Notes under the pieces: generated by a model
Seen by the model: the letters and a program-made list of their open reading frames with translations, nothing else
Told to the model about the DNA's origin: nothing
The model's database searches: none
Program-made: the position numbers and the translations under genes
NCBI GenBank assembly: GCA_964270895.1
Contig: OZ185435.1
DNA from: Podarcis filfolensis
Taxonomy: Eukaryota
Length of the DNA stretch: 64,000 nucleotides
Direction: 5' to 3' (one strand)
In this document: one piece after another, positions 35,222 through 48,734 of the stretch
How positions within the stretch are numbered: position 1 is the stretch's first letter
Layout: each line of letters opens with the position of its first letter

Positions 35222-35422
35222 CAGTCGTACCTTGGTTTTCGAATTTAATCCATTCTGGGAATCAGTTCGACTCCCGGAACAGTTCAAAAACCAATCGGAA
35301 GTCATGCTAGATGTTCAGCTTCCAAAAATCATTTGAAAACTGGAACAACCACTTCTGGGTTTCGATCGTTCGGGAACCAAAATGTTCAAGTTTAAAGGCA
35401 TTCGGCTTCTAAGGTTCCACCG
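35222..35422. mobile_element. Tc1/mariner-type MITE (CAGTCGTACC subfamily)
   Basis: TA|CAGTCGTACCTTGG ... AAGGTTCCACCG|TA; interior similar to 31632-31898. Confidence 0.75.
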
Positions 35423-37501
35423 TAATGCATTCTGAAATTACTTTTGGTCAGGCTTTGCTAAATGAGAATATATTATCTGAACAATATCTGATATCCACAT
35501 CAAGGGGTAGCAAAGGATACCTGGTGTCCACCCCTCTCCCCACCTTTCAGTTATTTTTTAAAAAATATATTGCTGAAATTTAAATGTTTTTGTTTGCAGC
35601 TCAGCCTCAGGGCTGACGGTCAGGGCTCTGCAGCCCAGGGACCCCAAAATGAACACGCAGACAGCACCAGAGGGTGGCCCAGCATCAAGCAGGCCCAGTG
35701 TGATATCCTCGGTTCACATAGGAGTTTCAGAACATAGGAAGCTATAAAGCTAGCAATTCTGACATGCCTCTAAAACAGATGGGGATTTGCCATCATTCTA
35801 GGATCCCCATCACCTGCCATATTCAGTCTTCAAACCGATGCCACAATCAAGAGAGAGTTAGTTGCCCCAGAGAAATTCCACCCACACAAGTAACTCATTG
35901 CCTAACCCTAGTTATTATTCATAGAACACAGCAGATAATGACATAGCTAGCATGTTTATGCTTACAAAAAAGTAGTACTGGGGATGTTTCGGTCACATGT
36001 AAGACCTCGGTTAGTGTAGCTAACTAGAGAAACCACAACATAAGCCCAAGAGTAATATGGTAAGGACATAGCACACCTTATGAAAGGAAAAATGTGTTTT
36101 TCATCAGAAGGCAGTCTTTTTTTTCTTTTTTCTTTTTGGAAAGGTGCATTTTATTGGGGGAGGGGGTTGTTATTACAAACAAACATTACATAAAGCAACA
36201 AAGAAATTTGATGCAAACAAAGCAAAACCAACCCAAAGCAGGCCGAGAATTATAACCTCTGCAGGCGACTTGTAACACTTGACTCTCCCACTCATATCAT
36301 GCCAAGTGCCAGCTGGGGAATGTGGCATCGCTTTAGCCACAATGTTTGCAACCAGGCTCCAATTCTTAAAAGCCCTTTTTGGCAGCCGTTGTTCACAAAC
36401 AGCTTATTGGTCCAACTAGCATGCGCCTGAATTAGCAGAGAGAGGCCTGGCAGAGCTATTCTTTCCTCTGCTGTACTGCCAAAAGCAATACCTATTGAAA
36501 GAAAGCTATTACCAGTGTTTAGCATCGCATAGTCGGCCGGGATAAGTGCACTTCACATATGCATGAGATAAGCAAACAAGCATGGAATCAGCTCTGCAGC
36601 ATTAATCTCAATCAGGGCACTATTCTTTGAAAATAGCAAGCTGCCGGTCCTTACAATTTCGAGGAATGGCTTCAAAAATCTGCAGAGCGGTGGAATGGAT
36701 GCAACTTCCAGTGGAAACGCCATGGGGCTTCCTAGCGATGGGTGAACTGCCCATCTCACTGCTTCTATAGGGCATGAAGTCAAAGTCACAGCAAATAACT
36801 ATTTGGAACAACACACAGGTCTTGCATGGTGCTCCTTGCCATTCAGGTGTTGGCTGCCTCCCACTTGCCACTTCCAAACCCTGGAACCAGCACTGGGAAA
36901 AGAAAAGCTACACCTCAGAGAAACCCTTTAAAAACAATAGGCAATAATGACTAATTATTCCAGGCTGCAAAGAAGTCGGAGGACAAGGTCTGCCTGTGCT
37001 CTTGTTTCCCAGTCTAATCGGCACTATTTCCAGCTGCATTGATGGCATGTTCTACTCTTATAGATTAAAAAGTAACAAAAAGGGACAATGCTGAACATGA
37101 GGTTGGTTTCCCAAAGAAGAGGGAAGGGGTGATGTTTCAGCATGGATCATGTGTGCTCCAAGAGTAAATTCACACACATGAGGATGGAGCAACTTACAGA
37201 GCTGAGTTGCCTGCTGGGTTGTATTAGAGTGAACGAGAAGAATCAACCACTCTGATCTCAAAGGCACACGCTGCTGCAACAAGGTTAGTATGTGACAAAT
37301 GAGGGGCACTGTTTGCAGAAAATTACCCATTTGAGAGGAAAGACTACTGATACACAGCTCTGTCTTCTAAGTAATCTGTCTTCATTCAGAAGGACAACTT
37401 CAGATGTCCAACAGCCACCTCTCTCATATGTTCCACGTTTGTGGAGAACACACACTGAGGTACAAAGTGACTGTCTGCTCTTTAAGACCATCAGTACAGA
37501 C

Positions 37502-37637
37502 CTGCCTTTCTCAAATCTTGGGTCCCTAGCTGTTGTTGGACTACAACTCCCATCTTCCCTGACCACTGACCTGCTAGCTGTGGATGATGGGAACTGTAGT
37601 CCAATAACATTTGGGGGCCTAAGTTTGAGAAAGGCTG
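37502..37637. mobile_element. Palindromic hAT-type MITE
   Basis: Ends CTGCCTTTCTCAAA / TTTGAGAAAGGCTG; TSD GTACAGAC / ATACAGAC (7/8); internal ggactacaactcccatc...gatgggaactgtagtcc hairpin. Confidence 0.82.
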
Positions 37638-38484
37638 ATACAGACAGAGACTCCGTGGGTGTTCTTTCCCCAACTCTAACCCGACAACAGTCTCCTCCCC
37701 TACTGCAAGGAAGACCACAACTGTGAAAAATGTATGCGCCCCATCCCAAGCTTATTAAGATCACTTAAGAAGGCTTGCATCAGAATCCATCCATTTGTAT
37801 GGCAAACTTAAACCAGGAGTTTTTTTTCTGAGGTGACCCTATCATTATGCAATTCCTTCCCCCAAAAGGCCCATCTGATCTTCCCCATGTAAACCACCGG
37901 GAAAGCTTCTGCTTTTTTTTTAAATAATGTTTTTAAATGTTCAGAAGTTGCTGGTAGTTTATCATTCTTACAAACTGCGATCCTCGTGAACTTGAAAAAA
38001 ACAACAACAAAGTTTCCACATGCGGAAAGGCAGGACACATCTTAAATTATAAACACAGGGTTGGGAGGGGGGAAGGACAATCCGCTAGAATGAATTGCTC
38101 TGAGTTGGCAACAACAAGGAACTGCTATATGTACTGTATGTAAGTGGGTTACATTATTTCTGATGGTTGAAGTATTTATCTTTTCCCCTGCTTTAAGTGC
38201 TTTATTGTATTTACTGCTGGTGTTAAATTGTGTTTAAAAGGGTTAAAGCTACTGCCTTTTAAACATTTGTTGTTAACTGTCTAGGGCTTGTCATAAAAGA
38301 ACCAGCAGGGTACAAATGGTATAAAAGAACAAATAACACTCAACAGGAACAGGCTTGTGTGTTTGTTTTGGTCCAGGTGTGCTAATGCAATGAGAGAAAG
38401 AAATATCAAAATGTATTTTCTCCAGGCAGTTAATGGTACCGAATAAGAGTAGTAAGGCAGATAGCTGACAGAATAAAATGTGTT

Positions 38485-38652
38485 GATTTATCTGGGGAAG
38501 GGCTTTCGCTCCATGGCAAAGCATCTGCTTCGGGTGCAGAAGGTCCCAATCCCTGACATCTCCCAACTGGAGAACCACTACCAGTCCATGTAGGCCATAA
38601 TGAGCTAGATGGACCAATGGTCTGACTCAGTACAAGGTAGCTTCCTATGTTT
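38485..38652 (+). mobile_element. tRNA-derived squamate SINE (Squam3-like)
   Basis: gcatctgcttcgggtgcagaaggtcccaatccctgacatctcc...gagctagatggaccaatggtctgactcagtacaaggtagcttcctatgtt. Confidence 0.8.
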
Positions 38653-39628
38653 GTATTCCCCAGACAGCTTACAACAAAACAGAGAGAATGGGATGGGCTC
38701 AGATGCAAGAAAACGATGGGGAAGACAGCAAAGTTCTTTAAACAAGTGCAATGTTTTTGACAAGGGAAGATGCATTGCTAAGCTACACTTGAGGATTTGT
38801 TTCCTAAAATACAGATTCCATCTTCCAGACACAAAATACGAGAAACGCACCTTTAAATCACAACCAAAGAACAATGAAATAGAGGGTGTTTAGAAAAGTT
38901 TCAGCATCTAGAGGGGGGAAAACCTTTAATAAATCTTTCACGGTGGTGATCTGGCAAAATAAGCTTTCACAATGTTATAGTAAAAGAATCACAAAAGACA
39001 GAACAATCAAGCAACACACAACTTCTTTGTTTTATCTGCTTGCAAATACAGACCCTTATAGCATCCAAGACAAGAAATGGCAGATAAATCAAACCAGACT
39101 TGCTGAACTATTCCAAAAAGCTGGCATTAAATTCAAAATGCTCTAGACGTGGCAGATCTGCTGGAGCGATCACTGGATTTGCAAACTGATGCTGCTGAGC
39201 TAAACAGACATTGCATTTTAAAAGGAAAAGAGTGCCCTACCATGATGTAACCCTACTTTGGCATGCCTCACAGGGCCTATCTATGCCATCTTCAGGTTTT
39301 AACAGTATAAGTGAGAGATAGGAGGGAGAGGCATGTGGGGATGAGCACCCCAATTCCATCCCACCACCACCATTCCAAAGGGAGACCTTGTGAAGCCGAG
39401 AGCCTTCTGTGATCTCCAGCTATCACACTGAAGCAAATTTTCAGAGGGGAAAGGGGACCTGGGAGCACCTCAATCCATGAATGGACCTTTGCCTGTTAAT
39501 CTGATGTTACAGCTTCTTATTGAGTTCACAGCCAGAATCACTGCTAGTCCGGCAAGCTGCTACTTTTTAATTTTTTAAAAAATAATGATGACAGAATTTA
39601 CTAGGGTGGTTTACATGGAACCAAATAT

Positions 39629-39629
<1 letters not shown>

Positions 39630-39677
<48 letters not shown>

Positions 39678-39748
39678 TAAATGCAAAACAGGTATGAGAT
39701 GAATGTAATCAAAACTAGAATTAAAAAGTGCTACCACAACTGTTCATG

Positions 39749-39780
<32 letters not shown>
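39630..39780. repeat. (AAT)n (39630-39676) and (CTAT)8 (39749-39780) microsatellites
   Basis: Read directly. Confidence 0.95.
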
Positions 39781-39983
39781 AATGCAAAACTGTTCTGGGG
39801 ATTGTATTAGGTTCCTTGATGACATCACTGAAGACATAGTCAATGAGCAGAGTACAGAGCTCAGCTCAACTCTATAAGGTAAAGGAATAATAGTCAACTG
39901 AACACAATGAAGTGGCTTTCATTGAAAACTATTCATGTGTGGCAGTACTGTAAGGATCAATAATACTGGAAAGAAATGTGTAT

Positions 39984-40121
39984 CAGGAGTGGAGAACTTG
40001 TGGTCCTCCAGATGTTTTTGGACTCCAGCCCCCATCATCCCCAGCTGGTATGGCCAATACTTAGGGATGACAGAACCTAGATTCCAAAAACATCTGAAGG
40101 GCCACAGGTTCCCCATCCCTG
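39984..40121. mobile_element. Palindromic hAT-type MITE
   Basis: CAGGAGTGGAGAACTTGTGG ... CCACAGGTTCCCCATCCCTG inverted ends; TSD not preserved. Confidence 0.7.
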
Positions 40122-40970
40122 TTATAGAGCATTTACTACCAACACTATCAAAAGAATTGATCTTCCTCAAATGGCGGGACCTGGGTTTGTCTCTTTCCAG
40201 TATTTTTCAAGAGTAATGTTTCCCTTTGAGCCAATACATTTCTTTTACCAGTGCTTTGCTTTGAAATTTCTGCAGTTTCACATTAGAAGATTAGATCACG
40301 TCTACCTTGAGAGAAAATATTGGGCGGATATTCATAGAAATTAACTTGGCTTTACATTTATTTCTTTCATTTCCTCTGACCTTTTAGCATTTAAACTGAT
40401 TGCTGCACAGAAGGCAATTAGTATGACAAAGAACAGTCAATTTGCCGTTGCACAGGGGAACTCTTGTCTTGATAAAGGTAATTTATTAGCCTTTCTCTTG
40501 ATACGGAATGATATTGTGCTTCAGTTTCTTCTTTGATTAGATCAGGGGGGACCAATGTGGCGTCCTCCACGTGCTGCAAGGCTGTGGACATTAACTCAAG
40601 AATGTTAATGTGCACATGGGGCACACAGAGTTGTTTTCCTCCTCCGGTGTGCTTCTGAGCACATTTGTCCACACCTGACCACTTTCAATGGAACTCTGTC
40701 TCACTGCATTCTGTCCACATAGTGGGCAGTGCTTGATACATTGTGCACTGTTGTTGCCTTCCCACAATTAGTACTTCCCCTGAGTTTTGGAAACCTGAGA
40801 TTCCAAAATCTCATTGTACACCACCCCACAATGTGCACATCCACCACTTTGCAATGACAGTTTCTGATAATGCCCTGTCACAAAGCACTCCCATGCAAAG
40901 CCTGGTCTGCACCTGACTCCCCTGTAAACAACAATATTTTTAAAGGAAAGACTGTCACAATCTAGCAGTA

Positions 40971-41189
40971 CAGTGGTACCCCTGGTTACGAACTTAATTC
41001 GTTCCGGAGGTCCGTTCTGAGGTACCACTTTAGCTAATGGAGCCTCCCGCTGCCACTGCACCACTGCTGCACGATTTCTGTTCTCATCCTGAGGTAAAGT
41101 TCTTAACCTGAGGTACTACTTCCGGGTTAGCGGAGTCTGTAACCCAAGGTGTTTGTAGCCCAAGGTGTTTGTAACCCGAGGTACCACTG
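40971..41189. mobile_element. Tc1/mariner-type MITE (CAGTGGTACC subfamily)
   Basis: TA|CAGTGGTACCCCTGGTTAC ... GTAACCCGAGGTACCACTG|TA. Confidence 0.9.
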
Positions 41190-42253
41190 TATTGGGTTAG
41201 TGCTTCCATTAAAATCAATAGATACAGGCCATAAGATGCTTGCGTCACTTATACATTAATAGCAGTCAAGGACATTGTTAGCTACAAGGTGACATAAATG
41301 ATACAGAGGTACTGAGGAAATAGGCCTGCAAGTACACAAGATTTCATAAACAATTATAATGTTCCATTATAACTCTGGGCTACGTTTTTTAAAAAGTTAA
41401 TCGCATTTTGACCTTGGCCATGTCATGAACGGGGGTGATCATTGCACTTGGCAATTACTATTAGTTTAAAGTGTCCAGAGCAGCTAATGACACCCAATAT
41501 TTATCAGCAATCTCTTGGCCTTCTCTTGGGATGGAATAATTTAGTGCCTTTCCAGTGCTGATTAACAATATTAATTAGTTCTGGGGTTGCTAGCAAGCTA
41601 CATAAACTCCTGGCTTGTTGACCCGCCAAACAATTTTCTGGCAACTAATATGCGGAGTGCTTATAAGTGGCCTCTTGAAGAGAGTCCCCTGACAGACAGA
41701 AAACAACCTCCTTAACGAGGAGAAGCAGGAATAAACAGTATCTGTCGTTCTAAAGGCAATCATTCCTAGAGCATTTAAACAAGAAGAAAAATGTGTCTCA
41801 GGCAAGGGACAGTGCAAACAGACCCACACACAAAGGGCTCATCCACACTTCAATTTCTCCCGTGATTTCTTCCATTTGTCCCCTGATTTCTAGGCATGGG
41901 TCTAAGAGCGGGGGGGGGGGGGGGTTGTCCCACTACTTACCCCAGGAGAACCCACTGTTTACTGCTGAACTGGAACAAACATAAATCTGCAGAAAAGCCA
42001 ATTGACATTTGTTCCAATTCAGCAGTAAATAGCAGGTTTTCCAGGGGACAGCAGCAGAAAAATCCATCAGACCTGTGCCTAGAAATCATGGGGCAAAGTA
42101 CAGAGGAGCCCTGAGAGACAGTCCTTGCCCAATGTCTGAAAAACCCTCAATCTTCATATTGCTCTGATATCTATATAGCTGCACGTGTTCAATAGTGACT
42201 GCATATTCCATTTTCATGAAGTTTCCTTAACTTCCTTAAGGAACTTCCTTAAC

Positions 42254-42484
42254 TTAATTTCCACATAATATCTGAGCTTTCATACCACGTAAAAGCCACT
42301 TCTGGAACTATAGTGGAATATAGCACAAGTTTAGCACTCATTTCCATATTATTTGCAAGCGAGTCCCCCGTCCCCCCCGAAGCAAATAGCACAGAAATGA
42401 GCACTAAATGTGCCCTATATTCCACCATAGTTCCAGTAGTGGCTTTTACGTGGTATGAAAGCTCAAATATAGCGTGGAACTTAA
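42254..42484. repeat. ~230-bp imperfect palindrome (foldback) with ~103-bp arms and a ~25-nt loop
   Basis: Left arm 42254-42356 matches the reverse complement of 42382-42484. The ORF track independently shows near-identical peptides on the two strands (STIVP.VAFTWYESS). Confidence 0.92.
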
Positions 42485-43979
42485 CAGTTAGGACAAAAAT
42501 AAGGAAAGAATAATCTGCCATGTGAATGCAGCCACTGTCATTGACTGGTGGGTTTTCGGCTTCAAGTCTTAATAACTCATAAATCCACACACTGGGCCTC
42601 AGTCCCTGAAAACAAGTTCTAGGACCATGCCTAACTTCAAATTAAATGCTGTCTGCTAAGCTTTAGAATGGTTGAGAAGAGACTGGAAGTTCACCAGTCT
42701 CATAAGGGTGAAAGTCATTGTAGAAACCAAGCTCTCTTAGCAACAATCCTGGACCTGAAATCTTACAAACGGGGCCACATTCCAGAGAACACACGGCAGG
42801 AAAACCAATGTGGTGTAGTGGAAAGCCCTGTGCTCAACTGAGCAATGAAGCTCACTGGGTGAACTTGGCACAGTGGGTGAACTTGGCACCTCACTGGGGT
42901 GCTGTGAAGTTAAAGTATTTCTTAGGCAGGAATGGTTTGTTCCTGGCCAGGAGTCCTGATGCAGCCCCCCGCATCCATTTTTTTCTGGCCTCTACAAGAC
43001 TTCATTGCTTTTGTAGGAAGTCTTGGGCATCTGGCTCTAGTTGGTGCACCTTGTAGTTAAAAACAAAACAAAAACCTTGAGCAAATCCTGAAGTTTGGTC
43101 ACACCTACCTAGTTTAGTGTTATACCTGAATGCAGACACTATGTTACTGTCACATTAAGCCTAGCCCACCAAATTTTTACCATGTACCTAAAGGAGATAA
43201 AACAGCATTGTATTAAAACCAACATCATCTTAATCCTTTTGCCCTTATTTGGGATATAGCTGAATGGCGTTTTGCAGATAACACTTAGTTTAATGCTAGG
43301 AGGCAATGTAAGCATGTAACTCAGAGGTCAATTATGGCATGGAGGCCTGGACCTGCTGTTCAGTCTCATCCAAATTTAATTACATAAAACCAGAGGTAGA
43401 TTTCGGCCAGAACAATAGCTAATTCTTGGGATAATCCGATTTTAAAATAAATAATTAAAGCATGGAAGAGAGTCCTTACAGTAAGAGGAGTTTAATTATA
43501 TATTTGAAAACAATGATCTAATGAGCCTTTTTTTTCAAAGCTTTTTTTGTGGGGGGGGGAGGGAATACCTCTTTAAAGGTTTGCCTTTTTCAATTTAAGG
43601 AGTCTGGAGTCTGTCTATAGAAGCAATTTTTGTTGTTGGATAAATGTTCTAGAAACATATGCCACATTAATGTTGGTAATTAACTCTTGGGGTTTTCAAA
43701 ATAAGGTCTCCGTGCCAGTATTTGGCCTACAATATGTGTAAGTTGTCCAATTCACTGAATTCAAACAGAATGGGGGTTTAGGAAAAACTAAACACACATT
43801 TTCCCATCTTCCACATGAGAACAGCCAACTGAAGCATCCTTGATCCTGCTCCTGGGGGGACCTGCCATGCATTGCTGGCTGTTTCGTGGCAGTGAGGAAA
43901 TTCCTTATGACTAGCACAAAATAAAAGTTACACAGTCCGGCCTTTCCAGTCATACGGAACTTAGGACTAGACTCTAGGG

Positions 43980-44447
43980 AAGGAGTGGCTAACCTGTGGC
44001 CTTCCAGATGTCGATGGACTCCAACTCCTATCATCCAGCATGGCCAGTGGTCAGGCACGGTGGGAGTTGTAGTCCCACAACATCTGAGTAAACTGCCAAG
44101 CAGCATGTTCAATTATAGGGTGAACTAGCAAGAAGTATGTTCACTGGTTCATACAGTGAGGCAGGAGAGTGCAATGGCTTTGTTGGGGAAGCTCACTCTT
44201 CCTTCTGCCACAAAGTTTCCACCTTTCTCAGTAATGAACTGCTACACAATGCACAGGTATATGACAACTCTGGCTTGTCATACAGAAGTTCTGTCTTTAG
44301 CATCTGTAAGAACAAAGGTGGCCCAAAGTCCAGGTGGGATAACCTGTGGCCTTCCAGATGTTGATGGACTCCAACTCCTTTCAGCCCCAGGCATCATGGT
44401 CAATGGTCAGAAATGATGGAAGTTGTAGTCCATCAACATCTGGAGTT
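43980..44447. mobile_element. Two neighbouring palindromic hAT-type MITEs (43980-44090, 44335-44447)
   Basis: Both read aacctgtggccttccagatgt.gatggactccaactcc...gttgtagtcc..caacatctg. Confidence 0.75.
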
Positions 44448-47400
44448 GAAGTCCAGCAACAAATTCCTCATCTCTGCTGTAAACAACTAACAGTCAGATG
44501 TGGTTGTTGCTGGGGTTTTTTAAAAAAAAAAATACAAATGATGCTTAGTTATGTGTTCACATTTCCATGAGTTGCAATTACAATATAAAGATCTCTATTA
44601 GAATATATATATTTAAAATGGCTCCATTGTAATTTTATTCTGCTTTCATGTTCTTAAGCAACGCATCCCCAGCTAAATGTCACACTTCAATCCTTAAAAA
44701 TGCCCAGAGACTCATTTCTTCCCTTCTGTGGGGGAAAGGGAACTAAATGCTTCTTTGAATCCAGCCCCAAACTGGAATTTGGGGTTACAGTTAATACAGT
44801 TTAAAATTATTTCCCTCTCCAAAATAGACAGCAGAAACGTTCGCTTCCGCTGCAAGTATCTGACTGCACGCTGCTCGCAAGACTGTAATCACTATATGGG
44901 ATTTCTAATTAGTATCAGCTGAAATCAACAGTAAAAATAGAACTGTGCTGTCTGCACACAGCTGGAATTGAAAATGCAAATGGGAAAGTGTAAAAGCAGT
45001 GGAAGTAAGCAAAAAAAAGGGGGGGTAAAGAATGGTTCTTAAAATGTGGGTAATTGAAAGGAAAAAATGCTGGCTAAGGTCATGGAAAGGCGTCTTTTTC
45101 TAACTGGAGGAAGTGCAATGAAAGGGCTGCAAATTGAAAATGCACCATTTAGCCATGACCTTGCAACGCACGCAGCGTACTTGATCTTGGCCTCTTAGAA
45201 AAATGCAGTCAGGCAAGTCCAGAAACACTGATACCCATGTTAAATAAATGCACTAATTAAATTAAATAGAGGTGTCACTCATGGGTGGAACCCATTAGGC
45301 TCTGTAAACATTGTTTTTGCAAGCCTTTGAATACACATGTGTTAAAAGCTGGCCTCCTAATGCCAACTTGGTAGCTAATGAAAGCAATAAAGCACCACTT
45401 GCAGTGTTTTTGCCTCCATGATGCGTATTGCTAAGGTAGAATACGACTGCACTCTTTAGAGGAGAAGTGAACTACATGATCCCCAATCTCCTTTGGCACC
45501 CCTAGATGGGACCCAAGCTTTTATTAACAGCCAGAGGGCTTGGGTTTTCTTTTGAGCATGTTTACATCTCTCCTCATTGCCATCGACATGTTGAAAAGCA
45601 GGAAGGTACCATTTCAAAAGCCACCTGCACCAAACCAAACAAAATCAAACAAATCCAAAACAGAAGTATTGGCAGAGGTGGCACAGATTGCATCAGTGAA
45701 CTGACCAAACAGAAGAGTGCTAGAATCATCTTTGAAAACTTAGAAACTGTTGCTCTGCCTCTCGGTAGTGCAATTAGCCAAAAGGTTTCAGGATCTGTTT
45801 GTAGCAACCGATATATAAAGCAACCCATCTTGTTCCTCCACTTGTTTTGCACAGAGTTTGTTTATTTTTCCATCACATCAGACTTCCATTGAAAGACTAT
45901 TATGTAATCAGACATAAATATTGAAACTCCTCTCTAGCCTGTGTCAGGAATGCTTTATGACTGCCTGTGCTAAGATGTGCTAAGAGATGGGGTGTCCTGG
46001 AATAGACTACATATTGTCTTTCAGTATTTCATTTCAAGATCCTGGTTTTGACCAGTGAATGCCTAAATGGTGTTGTCAAAATGACTAAAGATTTCCTCCT
46101 TCCATATGTCTTACTAAGGTCTCCAAGTCTGGCTAAGAGTGAGCCCTGAGTAACACCATCCATACACCACTAGTTCGAGTTCTAAAAACACAGAGCCCTA
46201 TTCTTGGGTGGGTGGCCTGACAGTGACACCAGCTGTGCAACTCTCTCCCTCAGTGACTCAAGCAGCATTTGAAAGTGCTTTCTATCTCAGGAGGATTTTT
46301 TGTTTTGTTTTGTTTTTGGAGAGCCAAAGCTAAGCCAGGTAAAGATAGGTGGATAATATCTGTATTGCTTTCATCTGCTGTATTGGACCTTAACCTGATA
46401 GTGTAGTGAGATTTTACATTTGCTTGTTGGACACATGAAGGAAGTTTCTTTGTGTAGTAGTCATTGCCTATCAGGATTCTTGCCTGTTCTGATTAGGGAT
46501 GTGAAGGCCCGGGGGGGAAAACCCTGAAAAAAATGGGAGAAAACACAACCCCCATGTACCCTTCTCCCTACTTTTCTGCTTTTTTCTGGGCCCTCATATC
46601 TCTAACTCTGATAATCCTGAAAGACGTAAGAGGCCTTTTCCAGTTCTGTTGCTGGAGATCTTTTTCACTGGAGATTCCAGGGTAGACTTTTGCAATCTGG
46701 TGTCCTCTAGATGTTTTGAACTATAATTCCCAACAGCCCCAGCAATGCCATAACAGTCCAACACCTCTCAGGGGCACCAGCTTGGGGAAGGCTGTCCTTT
46801 GGATCAAAGATGCATATCAAGGATGCAATCTCCTGCTGACTTATATGGGTGCTCTATGACACCCACTTTTACTGCTCTCAGTTCAGAAAGAGTCAGGCTG
46901 CAAACTCAAGATTAATAAATACAACTTTTTGTCTTCAAGACACAAGTCAGTTAGGAACAGAAAAATGAGTTCAGGCAGACATCACCACATTCACTTGACA
47001 ACATCAGTCTGATGAAACCCTAAACACCTGTTGGGACACGAACTGTTTTCATGAGAGCCAATGATTTCAACAGTCATAGAGACTCTTGCCTGAAGGACAC
47101 TCATGTGGGAGGATTTAAGCACATGGCAAGTGACTCTCTCTAGCCACACAGAATATTGGAGGCTATTCTGTAGGCCATACAAGAATGAGAAACCCTAAGG
47201 AGCTTGCCTGCATGATCCAAAGGTATTTAGGTTATTGAGCTGGAGCGTAAAGTATGCTGTTATATGCAACTCTTTTGCTACACCGAAGGCACGTTCCTAC
47301 AAGGCTGCATCTGTTGGCAGCTAAAGTTGCAATCCAAACCCCACTTATTTGGCTGCAAGCCCTACTGAACTCATGGCAAACACCATTGCCAATCAGGGTG

Positions 47401-48212
47401 ATACCTAATGAGGAATCAGGTATCAACTTGTCTTTCTATCAGTTCCAAGTTTCTCTTCCTTGATCAATGCATAATAAGCCACTGCCAGACCTCTATTTTC
47501 CTTGAGAAAATAATAACCAAGGATAATTTTCCACACATGCTTACAGTGACTTTTGTTTATTTTGCTGGGATCTAGAAAAGCCAGAGGGGGAAAAGCAGCT
47601 GCCAAAACAGGTAGCTCTTTAAAACCCATGACCTTTCTATGAGAGGTGACCATGACATAACTAACTGCTTGTAGCATCTGACTGCACCCTGCTTCCTTCC
47701 AACCCACCTGCCACTAGCTCTGGTGATGTTGAATTGGGAGCAGTGCTCAGTGAGATGTCCTACTTCTTCATGTGACACAAAGGTGGATTACTTCTTCAAG
47801 TGACCTCACGATGGAGACCTTCACCAAATTCACGGGTGGGATTCTACTATCTTTCTCTCAAGGAAGTCAAAACAACATCTCCTCAATTCATTAAACAAAA
47901 CTAAAAACCTACCCTATATTCCCAATCAATATACATATAGGAATATATTTGTTGTTAACATCTATGGGAACCACTAGATGAAGGAAGGTTTAGAAGCTTA
48001 ATAAAATAAACAAACTAGCAAATAGCTCCTTTGTAGTTTGAAAGCTGCTAATGTGATTTCATCTAAACCAACTGGCTGTCTAATGCAAGGGTGGGGCTCA
48101 CTGTTGGAGAAGATAGGATTCTGGGGACATGAGGGCACACCAAGAAATCCAAACAATCTTAGACAAGTTGGTATATTGCAAGGGTGGGCGCAGTTCAAGT
48201 CTGAAGGATCTA

Positions 48213-48438
48213 CAGTGGTACCTCAGGTTAAGTACTTAATTCGTTCTGGAGGTCCGTACTTAACCTGAAACTGTTCTTAACCTGAAGCACCACTTTAGCT
48301 AATGGGACCTCCTGCTGCTGCCGCACCGCCAGAGCACGATTTCTGTTCTCATCCTGAAGCAAAGTTCTTAACCTGAAGCACTATTTCTAGGTTAGTGGAG
48401 TCTGTAACCTGAAGCGTATATAACCCGAGGTACCACTG
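48213..48438. mobile_element. Tc1/mariner-type MITE (CAGTGGTACCTC subfamily)
   Basis: TA|CAGTGGTACCTCAGGTTA ... TAACCCGAGGTACCACTG|TA. Confidence 0.92.
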
Positions 48439-48734
48439 TACTTTTTTTTTTTAAAGGAAAGAACCCAGAGATTTACTAAAGTAAAGTGCAAAAAAGACAT
48501 GCCTAGGATTAAATTTTGTGTGTGTGTGTGAAAAATGTGTGTGGAGGGGAGCTGCAAAGCAGGTAGGAATGGAGCTTACAGTCATTCCACAAACAAAAAT
48601 CCGCTCTTGGTTATCCCAAGTTTTCTTCATTTCAGCTGTATAATTTTGGGCAGTGAGGCATCCCTTTGTCATTGCTATTGATAAACAACTAGGAATCAGA
48701 AATCCCCGCAGTCCTGCTGCAGATCACTCAGAGA

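Noticed and set aside
42855-42900. 18-bp tandem duplication TGGGTGAACTTGGCAC
   Set aside because: Two-copy local slippage with no further structure.
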